A DNA stretch of 24,000 bases from Halobacterium sp. DL1. Its GTDB lineage: Archaea > Halobacteriota > Halobacteria > Halobacteriales > Halobacteriaceae. The notes under the pieces were generated by a model that saw nothing but the letters and a program-made list of their open reading frames with translations, was not told the origin of the DNA and searched no databases. Of this stretch, positions 8,204-16,212 are shown piece by piece; the stretch's first letter is position 1, and each line of letters starts with the position of its first letter. The stretch covers positions 2,276,216 to 2,300,215 of the forward strand of contig CP007060.1 in the NCBI GenBank assembly GCA_000230955.3. Direction: 5' to 3'. Both the position numbers and the translations under genes were made by a program.

Positions 8204-8908
8204 TCAGAGGATGTCGACCCGATCGAGCATCGCCCCGTCGACGTCCCGTGCCGCAATCGCGTCTAGCTGGTCGCGGGTTCGAATCGGCCACGCGACCACG
8301 TCCAGTTCCGCGTCGTGGGCGGCGTCCACGACGTCCGATTCGACGGCGAGGGAGTACGGAACCTCGACGAACGAACAGTCCAGCGCGACCGCGGATTCGA
8401 CCGCGTCTCGCTGTTCTGACTCGGTCACAGTACTCGGGTCCACGTCCTCGTCCTCGAAGTACGCGAACGAGACGTAGCCGGCAGCGGCGTCCCAGGAGAG
8501 AGCGGTGGCCTCGGTCAGCGCGCTCGTGTCCGTCGAGCAGAGGTAGACGTCGTGGTCGTACTGGTCGGCGACCCGTTTCACGTCGGCAGCGATTCCGTTC
8601 GTTTTCAGGTCGAGTTGTACGTCGACGTCCGGGGGAATCGTCCCGAGAGCGTCGGCCAGTGTGGGGACGTGTTCGTCGGTGTCCAGTACGGAGAGTCCAC
8701 GGAGCGTCTCGTAGTCGGTCGAATCGACCTGGTGTTCTTCGCCCGTCAGTGCCGCCGTCGTCGCGTCGTGGAAGAGAACGATCTCACCCGAACCACACTG
8801 GCGCACGTCGAGTTCCACGCGGTCGACGTGGTCGACGACCGATTCGATCGCGAGCAGCGTGTTCTCCGGGAACTGCTCCGCACAGCCCCGGTGAGCGATA
8901 GCGTCCAT
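8204..8908 (-). CDS. glycerophosphodiester phosphodiesterase (GDPD family)
   Basis: The GDPD catalytic N-terminal signature is AHRG....PENTL.A...........ELDV.....GEIVLFHD. I prefer ATG 8908 (MDAIAHRG) over the ORF-track start at 8956, because a TTATTG TATA-like element at 8933-8938 lies about 27 nt upstream of 8908. Confidence 0.82.
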   Translation of the reverse strand: MDAIAHRGCAEQFPENTLLAIESVVDHVDRVELDVRQCGSGEIVLFHDATTAALTGEEHQVDSTDYETLRGLSVLDTDEHVPTLADALGTIPPDVDVQLDLKTNGIAADVKRVADQYDHDVYLCSTDTSALTEATALSWDAAAGYVSFAYFEDEDVDPSTVTESEQRDAVESAVALDCSFVEVPYSLAVESDVVDAAHDAELDVVAWPIRTRDQLDAIAARDVDGAMLDRVDIL

Positions 8909-9229
8909 GGGCGAAAACTCACGGAGTGACGTCAATAACGTTTGGGAGTGTGTCACAGTGGCACGCGAAACGCCGGCCGCGTCGACCCACGTTCGGTCAC
9001 CGCTCCGCAGAGACCTGTGGATGGAACACTGCCTCGGCGCTCACGGCACACAATCTAGCCACCGAGAATGCGCTCGGCCGCTCGGTCGACTGCTTCCGGC
9101 CGGGGCATACGAGCAGGAGATGGGGTTCGTCGAGCGCTTCTGCACTCGATGGCGTGTCCCGCACAGCAGTATCTCTCCCCCTCGCATTCTACCACCTCGA
9201 ATGCTGGCTGAGCAGGCCGCGATGCTCGC

Positions 9230-10036
9230 TCAGATTGGGGAGTTCAGCGTCCCGAAGTACACCTGCCACGCGAGGGCGGATTTGGCGACTAGACTCAACA
9301 CGATGTACATCTTCTCTCCGAAGAGGTAGTTCTTCCACCGAGACACCTCCAGATACTGGAGGGCCATGTTCAGCGCGAAGAGGTTGAAGAAGACGAAAAT
9401 CGAGACGTAGATGTAGATGACGAACTCGGGGAACTCGCCGGCACTGGCCGTCACCGACCCGACGAACGCGACCCCGATGGTAATCCAGGGGACGATACCG
9501 GCGATAACACCCACCCAGTAGGGCGTCCAGTCCGTCTGTTCGGTCAGTTCGTTGCGCTGCTCCATCAGGAGACCGGAGAGATTCATCACCGCAACGAGGC
9601 CGAACAGCGCCACGAGCGTCCCGAGGTCCCACACGCCGGACAGCATCCCGATCACGACGATCATCAGCGAGGCGCTCACCGAGTATTCGTACCAGCGATA
9701 CGGATTCATGCCCCTGTCGAGATACCGGACGTACTTGTCGTACCAGACCGTCGCGATGGCGGTGTGAGCGAGCGCGGAGATGAAGAGGAATCCCGCGACC
9801 AGCAGCGGGAGGTTGGCGTCGACGAACGCGACCGTCTCCGGGAAGATCGACTGGCTTCCAGGGTCGAACCCGTACCTGGTGCGAGTTATCGGCCACAGGA
9901 CGGTGTCGGCCAGGAGCACCATCGCCGCCCCCTGCAGGAAGTGGAGGACAGCCATGACACTGTTCCACAGTCGGAGTCGACTGTCCCGTGCCGACTCGCG
10001 CCGTCCGGAGCTCGTCGTCGCACTGTGTGAGGACAT
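9230..10036 (-). CDS. heliorhodopsin (retinal-binding seven-TM protein, inverted topology)
   Basis: 268 aa with 7 hydrophobic helices. The sequence tracks the heliorhodopsin 48C12 sequence as I remember it along its whole length. Shared landmarks are:
- VLHFLQ (His32).
- SALAH (His91).
- RWYEYSVSASLMIVVIG (counterion-position Glu117, codon 9686-9688).
- GIVPWI.
- YIVLSLVAKSALAWQ (Schiff-base-position Lys252, codon AAA at 9281-9283).
The Arg-rich N-terminus (GRRESARDSRLR) fits a cytoplasmic N-terminus. Confidence 0.88.
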   Translation of the reverse strand: MSSHSATTSSGRRESARDSRLRLWNSVMAVLHFLQGAAMVLLADTVLWPITRTRYGFDPGSQSIFPETVAFVDANLPLLVAGFLFISALAHTAIATVWYDKYVRYLDRGMNPYRWYEYSVSASLMIVVIGMLSGVWDLGTLVALFGLVAVMNLSGLLMEQRNELTEQTDWTPYWVGVIAGIVPWITIGVAFVGSVTASAGEFPEFVIYIYVSIFVFFNLFALNMALQYLEVSRWKNYLFGEKMYIVLSLVAKSALAWQVYFGTLNSPI

Positions 10037-10064
10037 CGTACCAGTCTAATTACTCACTGGATTG

Positions 10065-10072
10065 AAATATAT
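10065..10072 (-). promoter_or_regulatory. candidate TATA box (ATATATTT on minus strand) for the heliorhodopsin gene
   Basis: The minus strand reads CCCAGATATATTTCAATCC, centred about 32 nt upstream of ATG 10036. It is a conspicuous AT-rich patch. The gene is separated from the upstream operon by 373 nt, so it probably has its own promoter. Confidence 0.35.
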
Positions 10073-10409
10073 CTGGGGGTGGCCACGACCGCGTTCACCC
10101 CCTCCCTGAAACTCCTAATCGGTGGGTCCATCGCCGTGTACCGGGTCCTGTGGGATGCCCATGGAGACACGGGCGACCCGTAAAAGACGGAGGCCTCGGC
10201 ACTCACGACTCACAAACTATCCATAGTGCCTGTGTTCAGGAGGGTTTCGAGCGCGCTCGTCTGGTTGCTGCTCGCCAGGCACGCGGGTGCCGCTTCAGGA
10301 CCGCCTCAGTCACGACGAGACTCGTCTCACGGTTGAGTTGTGGAATACACGTTCGGGCGACTTCCAGGAAACCGGTCCCGGAACCCCACTCCGGAAGCAA
10401 CCACCACAG

Positions 10410-11066
10410 TCAGAACGGCTCCCAGGCCGTCGGTCGCCGACCCAGCCCGCGGACACGGAACTCCATCTCGCCACTATCGGTATCCCGGAGTTCGATCACG
10501 CCGTCGAACTGTCCGGTGATCGTGTTGACGACCTGCTGGTCGTGGCTGTCGTTGCTGAGGGTGTAGATCCCCAGTCCCCCGGTTTCCTCGATCCGCTTGG
10601 TGTAGACGTGGAGGAATCTGAACACTTTGCTGCTGTCGAGATACTGCAACAGCGTCGATATCGAAATCAGCCCATATCGGATATCGGAGACGCCTCGATC
10701 CTCGAAGTGTCGGAACAGTTTCGCCATACTGACGCTGATACCGGTGAGATCGCCGGGCGAGGAGATTGACTCGATAGTCGCATCGAGGAGGTCCGTACCA
10801 TCTCCGCCGGAGGTGTCGACGATGCCGACGCGGTCCCGGTCCAGTGAGTCGACGTGCCGTTCGAGATCGGTGTAGACCTTCTCCGCACTTTCTGTGGAGA
10901 TGCAGAGAATACCGTCTCCGTCCTCGTATCCGGCAGCGAGCAACTCCAGGGCCAGTGCTTGCTTCCCGCTCATCGACGGGCCGACGACGACGATGTTCGT
11001 CCCCGCCGGGAGCTCGTCCAGATCGCCACCCGGCAAGGCACCGCTCACGTCGTATGCATCAGTCAT
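10410..11066 (-). CDS. KaiC/GvpD/RAD55-family RecA-superfamily protein with a degenerate P-loop
   Basis: 218 aa from ATG 11066 (MTDAYDVSG). The fold-level pattern is that of single-domain KaiC/RAD55-like proteins: G.N.vvvGp..sGK...a.e.l..g...g...l.ist.e. The Walker A reads GPSMSGKQ (Lys codon 10962-10964, Gln codon 10959-10961) rather than GK[ST]. The presumed Walker B strand reads RYGLISIS with no Asp. The ORF-track N-terminal extension to 11180 overlaps the upstream gene and is Arg/Ser/Thr-rich, so it is probably not translated. Confidence 0.75.
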   Translation of the reverse strand: MTDAYDVSGALPGGDLDELPAGTNIVVVGPSMSGKQALALELLAAGYEDGDGILCISTESAEKVYTDLERHVDSLDRDRVGIVDTSGGDGTDLLDATIESISSPGDLTGISVSMAKLFRHFEDRGVSDIRYGLISISTLLQYLDSSKVFRFLHVYTKRIEETGGLGIYTLSNDSHDQQVVNTITGQFDGVIELRDTDSGEMEFRVRGLGRRPTAWEPF

Positions 11067-11727
11067 CGCTTCCCTCGCTTGTCTCGAAGTCCCCGGTATC
11101 GGCGTCCTCGAAATTCTCCCCCTCGCCCAGTTCGACATCGTCGAAGCCCGAGTCCCCGTCTTCGACCTCGCGTACCGCACTGACGAAGTCGACCTCTGCG
11201 CCCATATTACCCAGGTTGTCGTCGACCTCGGTGCGCTGGGACTCGATACGGTCGAGTAGGTCCTGGTACACTTCGCTCTGCTCCAGTTCCGCTTCGGTTT
11301 TCTGTGCCTGCAGCGCGCCTCTGCGCGCCATCAGCGAGTGGTACTGCTGGAACGCGTCGTCGACACCGGCCCTGTCGAGCAACTGCTGGATGGTGTCGAG
11401 CAACTCCTGCCGTTCCGGGGGTTTGGTGATGTAGGCGTCGAACCCCATCTCGACCACGTCGAAATCGGGTTCGACCGCCGTCACCATCGCCACGCGACAG
11501 TCGATCGCTCGCTCGCGGATCTCCCGCAGTACCTGTTCCCCCGACAGTTCGGGCATCATCCGATCGAGTAACACGACATCGACTGTGTCGTCGACCGCAT
11601 CGAGTGCCTCCTGGCCGTCGGCTGTCAGTCTGACTTCGTACTGGTCCGAAAGCCAGAGTTCGTATCCCTCGGCGATTGTCTGCTCGTCCTCGGCGATGAG
11701 GACGACCGGTTGCTCCTGATCGGTCAT
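11059..11727 (-). CDS. response regulator, receiver domain + HalX domain
   Basis: The receiver domain reads VVLIAEDE...VDVVLLDRMMPELSG (phospho-acceptor Asp codon GAT at 11563-11565)...AMVTA...DAYITKP. A helical HalX-type region follows (FQQYHSLMARRGALQAQKTEAELEQSEVYQDLLDRIE), then an acidic tail. I prefer ATG 11727, which is preceded by an SD-like AGGTGG; GTG 11736 is the alternative. The stop at 11059-11061 overlaps the next gene's ATG. Confidence 0.88.
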   Translation of the reverse strand: MTDQEQPVVLIAEDEQTIAEGYELWLSDQYEVRLTADGQEALDAVDDTVDVVLLDRMMPELSGEQVLREIRERAIDCRVAMVTAVEPDFDVVEMGFDAYITKPPERQELLDTIQQLLDRAGVDDAFQQYHSLMARRGALQAQKTEAELEQSEVYQDLLDRIESQRTEVDDNLGNMGAEVDFVSAVREVEDGDSGFDDVELGEGENFEDADTGDFETSEGSDD

Positions 11728-11770
11728 TCTTCCCACCTACGTTCGGCCGTCCCTTTCATGAGTGTTATTG

Positions 11771-13876
11771 TCATGCATCCGCCTCGTTGGCTCTCAGTTC
11801 GATCACGAAACAGGCTCCATCAGCATCGCTGTCTTCGATTCTGACGTCACCGCCGTACTTTTCGATCATCACGTCGACAAAGAACAGCCCGAACCCGGAG
11901 CCGGTCTCCTTGGCGTGAGAACTCTCCCCGCGTCGGAAGACCGCCTCCGTTCGGTCGTCGTCGATACCCCGTCCGTTGTCTGAAATCCGTACGCTGACGG
12001 TATCTCCGTCGGTTTCGACACTCGTCTCGATCCGGAGGCCGTCGGTGTCGTTGTGTTCGATACCGTTGGTCAACACGTTGCCGAGGACCTCCGCGATCAA
12101 CTCGTCAGCCTCGACGCAGACGCCGTCCGGAATCGCTGTCTCGAAGGTTACGTCGGGATAGGCGGCCTCTAGTTCCGATATCTTCCGGTCGAGAATCGGC
12201 GAGACGTCGATCGATTCGAGTTGGTGTTCCTCCTCGGGCGTCGCGAGGGTCTCGACCACCTGTCGGACGCGCTTGGTGACCTCCGTCGTCGTGTTGCACC
12301 AGTCGACGATAGTCTGGGCGTACTGTGCCTGTTGGCCGTCGAGTTCCGCAGCGAGTAGTTCCCCGCGCATCTTGATGACGGTCATACCGTTCAGAACGTC
12401 GTGGCGCAGAATCGAGTTGAAGAACTCCATGCGTTTGCGCTGGCGCTGGAGTTCCGAAACGTCCATCGAGACGCCGATCACACTCGCCACCTCACCGTCG
12501 TCGTAGACCGGCGTATAGTGGGTTTCGAGCGTGATATCCCCGAGCGTGACGGTGTACCGGAACGACTCCCCGTCCAATGCGCGACTGGCCGCCTCGAGGA
12601 CTTCCTCGTGGTCGGCGTAGATATCGAAGATGTTCTCGCCGACCAGATCCTCGGGTTCGAGCCCCAACCGTGAGAGGATGTTGCCACGCATCTCCTGGAA
12701 GACACCGTCGCTGTCGAACCGGTAGAGGATGACCGGCGCAGCGTCGAGAATCCGACGCAGCGCCTCGCGCTGACTGGAGATGTCCGTCGAGACGGCCGCG
12801 ATGCCACCCTCGTAGGGATACGCCTGGACGTTGACCCAGTGGTCGCCGGACTCGTACTGGTACTCGAAGTTCTCCGGGTTGCCGGTCTCCATCACCCGTC
12901 GAAGTGTCCGTTCGACGACGGTCCCGCTGACTTCCGGGAACACGTCCCAGAGCAGCTCGCCCTCGATCTCCTCGACTGGCTTCCCGAAACGCTCTGCCAG
13001 TGTCTCGTTACAGAACCGAACGCGCCACTCGCTGTCGATGGTGTAGTGTGCTTGCGGGAGCCGTTCGACGAGTTGGCGGTACTGTCGTTTCTGCTGGCGA
13101 AGCGCCTCGTCGTTTCGCTTCCGGTCGGTAATATCGGTCACGATGCCGATTATCCGCCTGCCGCGGTCCCCGTCGGTGTGTACTTCTCCGCGTGCGTACA
13201 CCCACCGCTGTTCCCCGTCTGTGCGTTCGATCCGGTACTCCGTCTGGAACAGCCCGCTGCGCTCGACCGCGCGTTCGATCGCCGCCTCTACGACCGCGAG
13301 GTCCTCTGGATGGACTCGCTCGGCAAACGCTTCGAACGTTCCCTCGAACGTCCCCGGTTCGAGACCGAACAACCGCTCCATGCTCTCGGTCCAGATCACC
13401 TCGTCAGTCGTCATATCCCACTCCCAGACCCCGGTATCAGTCCCGGCCAGGGCGACTTCGAGCCGTCGCTCCGACGGGGTTGGTACGGTTTCGATCGCCT
13501 CGTCCGTAACCGGTCGGATCGTCGACAACAGCCGGGACTCGTCGTCGACGGTGATCGCATCGAGGACGAGTGTCACGCGCTGTTCGTTGCCGCTCGCATC
13601 GGTCAGCGTCGTCTCGATCTGTTCGGGGTGACTGCCGAGCGCACGGTCGATCGCCGCCTCGAGTGCCGATGCGTCCCCGGCAGCGAGGTCCGCAAGTGAC
13701 TGCCCCTCCAGTGCCGACGGATCGTCTCCGAGCACGTCGGCGTACGCCCGATTCACCGATTCGAGACGGGCCGAACCCGGTTCGTGAACTGCCATGCCCG
13801 CCGCCGCTTCCTCGAAGACTCGCTCGTGAAGTGAATCGGCCATTGCGGTGGTCTTCTCGGCACTTTCTTGCCCCAC
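11771..13876 (-). CDS. soluble multi-PAS sensor histidine kinase
   Basis: 701 aa with no TM segments and four PAS-like modules (about aa 13-125, 137-255, 262-372, 375-478). One is a PAS_3-like module reading GVWEWDMTTDEVIWTESMERLFGL...VHPEDL. The dimerisation/phospho-acceptor region is FFNSILRHDVLNGM (His492, codon CAC at 12401-12403). The HATPase_c domain has an N-box (EVLGNVLTNGIEHN), G1 (DNGRGI) and G2 (GSGFGL). The start is GTG 13876 or ATG 13843 (MADSLHERVFEE). Confidence 0.9.
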   Translation of the reverse strand: MGQESAEKTTAMADSLHERVFEEAAAGMAVHEPGSARLESVNRAYADVLGDDPSALEGQSLADLAAGDASALEAAIDRALGSHPEQIETTLTDASGNEQRVTLVLDAITVDDESRLLSTIRPVTDEAIETVPTPSERRLEVALAGTDTGVWEWDMTTDEVIWTESMERLFGLEPGTFEGTFEAFAERVHPEDLAVVEAAIERAVERSGLFQTEYRIERTDGEQRWVYARGEVHTDGDRGRRIIGIVTDITDRKRNDEALRQQKRQYRQLVERLPQAHYTIDSEWRVRFCNETLAERFGKPVEEIEGELLWDVFPEVSGTVVERTLRRVMETGNPENFEYQYESGDHWVNVQAYPYEGGIAAVSTDISSQREALRRILDAAPVILYRFDSDGVFQEMRGNILSRLGLEPEDLVGENIFDIYADHEEVLEAASRALDGESFRYTVTLGDITLETHYTPVYDDGEVASVIGVSMDVSELQRQRKRMEFFNSILRHDVLNGMTVIKMRGELLAAELDGQQAQYAQTIVDWCNTTTEVTKRVRQVVETLATPEEEHQLESIDVSPILDRKISELEAAYPDVTFETAIPDGVCVEADELIAEVLGNVLTNGIEHNDTDGLRIETSVETDGDTVSVRISDNGRGIDDDRTEAVFRRGESSHAKETGSGFGLFFVDVMIEKYGGDVRIEDSDADGACFVIELRANEADA

Positions 13877-14183
13877 AGTATAGTCGTGCCCCCAAATGCC
13901 AATACAGCAACCGTTGCTCCGGAGTACGGACCGCCGGCGTTAGTTATCCGACGCCGACGGCAGGTGATCACGTGGCCCCGTGCCGCTCGCAGAGGGTAGC
14001 AGACGCAATTCTCCGACTTCGTACACTTCTTCTCGCAAATGTATGGATAGAAAGCTGGCCTCGGCACTCATAGGGCTCGTCAGTCCGCGGGAGCCACCCC
14101 GGGTCGGCCCGGTGGCTTCGTCATCGGCCGGTCGGCAGTAGCGGCCGGACGACCAAAACGCCTCGGTCCTCCGGACGGGGCGG

Positions 14184-16130
14184 TCACTCCGTCAGCGCCG
14201 CAGAATCCCCGCTGCCGCTCTGGGAGTTCCAGAGGTCGGCGTAGATGCCGCCCGTGTCGACGAGTTCGTCGTGGGTGCCGAGTTCCACGATCTCGCCGCC
14301 GTCCATCACGACGATGCGGTCGGCGTCCTGGACCGTCGAGAGGCGGTGGGCGATGACGAACGCGGTGCGGTCGGCGGTGAGCCGCCGCAGCGACTCCTGG
14401 ATGAGCTCCTCGGTCTCCGTGTCGACGTCGCTCGTGGCCTCGTCGAGGACGATGATGGCGGGGTCGTTGAGGAGCGCGCGAGCGATGGAGAGCCGCTGGC
14501 GCTGCCCGCCCGAGAGTTTGACGCCGCGCTCGCCGATCTGGGTCTGGTAGCCCTCGGGCAGGTCGCGGACGAACTCGTGGGCCTCGGCGGCCTTCGCGGC
14601 GTCGAGCACGCGGCCGTCCACGCGGAAGTCGGTCGCCTCGTCGCGGGGCTGCTCTCCGCCGGGCGAGTCGTCGAGCGCGGAGAGGTCGCCGTACGCGATG
14701 TTCTCCTCGACGGTGCCGGAGAACAGGTAGGGGTCCTGTTCGACGACGCCGACGTGCTCCCGGAGGCCCTGGAGGCTGTACTCGCGGACGTCCGTGCCGT
14801 CGACGCGGACCGCGCCGGAGTCCACGTCGTAGAACCGCGGGACGAGTTTGACGAGCGTGCTCTTGCCCGCGCCGGTCGCGCCGACGAGGCCGACCGTCTC
14901 GCCGGGTTCGACGTCGAGGGCCACGCCCGAGAGCACCTGCTCGGTGTCGTCGTAGCCGAAGTGGACGTCGTCGAACGTGACGCGCCCGTCGACGTCGTCG
15001 GGGTCGACGGGGTTCTCGGGGCTGGTGACGGTCGGCTCGTGGCCCAGCACGCCGAAGACGCGTTCGGCGCTGGACTTCGCGCGCTGGTAGCGGTTGACCG
15101 TGACGCCGATGCGCCGCATGGGCGCGTACATCCGGCGCAGGAACAGGAAGAACATCGTGAACGTCCCCGTGGTGATGCCCGCGCCGAGGACGAGCGGGCC
15201 GGCGACGAACTCGCCGCGGATGACCATCTCGCCGCCGACGATGAGGATGCCGACGAACGCCACGCCCGTGAGCACGCGGATGGTGGCGAAGAACATGCGC
15301 CGGAGTTTGATGGCGGCGACCTTCTCGTCGTGGTAGGTCGCCGACTGGCCGGCCACGCGGTCGAGTTCGAAGTCGTAGCGGTCGAACGCCTTGATGACCT
15401 TCGCGCCGCCGATGTTGTTCTCCAGGCGGGCGTTCATGCGCGCGACGGTCTCCCGGATGCGCTTGTACCGGGGTTCGATCCACGTGAGGAAGAAGGCGCT
15501 CGACAGGCCGATGATGGGAACCGGCGCGAGCGCGATGACAGCCAGCGGCGGCGACACCCAGAACAGGACGGCGCCGATGCCGCCGACCGTCGCGACGACG
15601 CGGATTATCTGGCGTATCTCGTCGTTGAGGAACCGCTCGAGGCGGTTGATGTCGTTGTTCAGTATGGACATCATCGCGCCCGTCTGGTGGTTCGCGAAGA
15701 AGTCCAGCGAGAGGTGTTGCATGTGGTCGTACGTGTCGTTGCGGAGGTCCCGCTGTATCTTCTGGGCAGTCGACTGCAGCAAGTACCTGGAGACGAACCT
15801 CGTCACCGAGCGCACGACGTAGGCGAGCGCGGCGACGAGCGCGAGGCGGTGGAGGAGCGCGACCCGCGTCGCCTCCGACGTGACTGCCGCGCCGGGGACG
15901 AGGCCGAGCTGGGCGAGCAGCCCAGGTTCGCCCGACTGCAGGATGACGCGGTCGATGGCGGCGGCGACGACCAGCGGCGGGACGAGCCGCGAGAGCCGCG
16001 TGACGAGCGAGGACGTGATGCCGACGGAGAGGCGCGGCCAGTAGCGCCTGGCGTATCGGAGCAGGCCCACCATCGGGTGGCCCTCGACCTCCTCGCGGAC
16101 GTCCTCGAAGCCGCCGAGTTCGTCGGGCAC
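14184..16130 (-). CDS. ABC transporter, fused permease/ATP-binding protein (MsbA/type I exporter-like)
   Basis: The six-TM ABC_membrane domain is followed by Walker A (GATGAGKST), the signature ([15 protein letters not shown]), Walker B (IIVLDEATS) and an H-loop (AHRLST). The ORF-track start at 16397 overlaps the Nif3 gene in another frame and gives an Arg/Ser-rich extension. I prefer GTG 16130 ([14 protein letters not shown]), which has a CTTTTTG TATA-like element about 25 nt upstream at 16152-16158. ATG 16073 ([12 protein letters not shown]) is the alternative. Confidence 0.88.
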   Translation of the reverse strand: MPDELGGFEDVREEVEGHPMVGLLRYARRYWPRLSVGITSSLVTRLSRLVPPLVVAAAIDRVILQSGEPGLLAQLGLVPGAAVTSEATRVALLHRLALVAALAYVVRSVTRFVSRYLLQSTAQKIQRDLRNDTYDHMQHLSLDFFANHQTGAMMSILNNDINRLERFLNDEIRQIIRVVATVGGIGAVLFWVSPPLAVIALAPVPIIGLSSAFFLTWIEPRYKRIRETVARMNARLENNIGGAKVIKAFDRYDFELDRVAGQSATYHDEKVAAIKLRRMFFATIRVLTGVAFVGILIVGGEMVIRGEFVAGPLVLGAGITTGTFTMFFLFLRRMYAPMRRIGVTVNRYQRAKSSAERVFGVLGHEPTVTSPENPVDPDDVDGRVTFDDVHFGYDDTEQVLSGVALDVEPGETVGLVGATGAGKSTLVKLVPRFYDVDSGAVRVDGTDVREYSLQGLREHVGVVEQDPYLFSGTVEENIAYGDLSALDDSPGGEQPRDEATDFRVDGRVLDAAKAAEAHEFVRDLPEGYQTQIGERGVKLSGGQRQRLSIARALLNDPAIIVLDEATSDVDTETEELIQESLRRLTADRTAFVIAHRLSTVQDADRIVVMDGGEIVELGTHDELVDTGGIYADLWNSQSGSGDSAALTE

Positions 16131-16212
16131 ACACGGGGTAGGCGTGGCACGCAAAAAGACCACACGGCTGCCCGGACGCTTACCGGTACGCCCCTGGGCG
16201 CCGACGGCCAGC

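Noticed and set aside
8275-8285. A tRNA T-loop-like string GGGTTCGAATC.
   Set aside because: The flanking bases (GCGGG...CGGCC) cannot form the T-stem, no acceptor or anticodon arms are present, and it lies inside the GDPD coding sequence.
12995-13030. The PAS-3 segment RVRFCNETLAERFG, considered as a possible LOV (flavin-cysteinyl) photosensor motif.
   Set aside because: It does not match the LOV consensus GxNCRFLQ. Only an R-F-C tripeptide is shared, so a blue-light LOV domain cannot be claimed.
13906-13918. Short palindromes in promoter regions. These are AGCAAC-C-GTTGCT upstream of the kinase (13906-13918), CAGTGA-AAATC-TCACTG in the creatininase/propeller divergent region (20498-20514), TGACGTCA upstream of GDPD (8927-8934) and GACGAG-A-CTCGTC downstream of the KaiC-like gene (10314-10326).
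   Set aside because: Arms of 6 bp or less at any short spacing are expected dozens of times by chance in 24 kb. No second copy or conserved half-site pattern was seen, so they do not support operator calls on their own.
13753-14067. A 104-aa minus-strand ORF with a Cys-rich N-terminus (YICEKKCTKSENCVC) in the gap upstream of the kinase, considered as a small zinc-finger protein.
   Set aside because: It reads through the kinase promoter and overlaps the kinase 5' end by about 120 nt in another frame. The remainder is Arg/Pro-rich, and the Cys spacing does not fit a known zinc-ribbon pattern.
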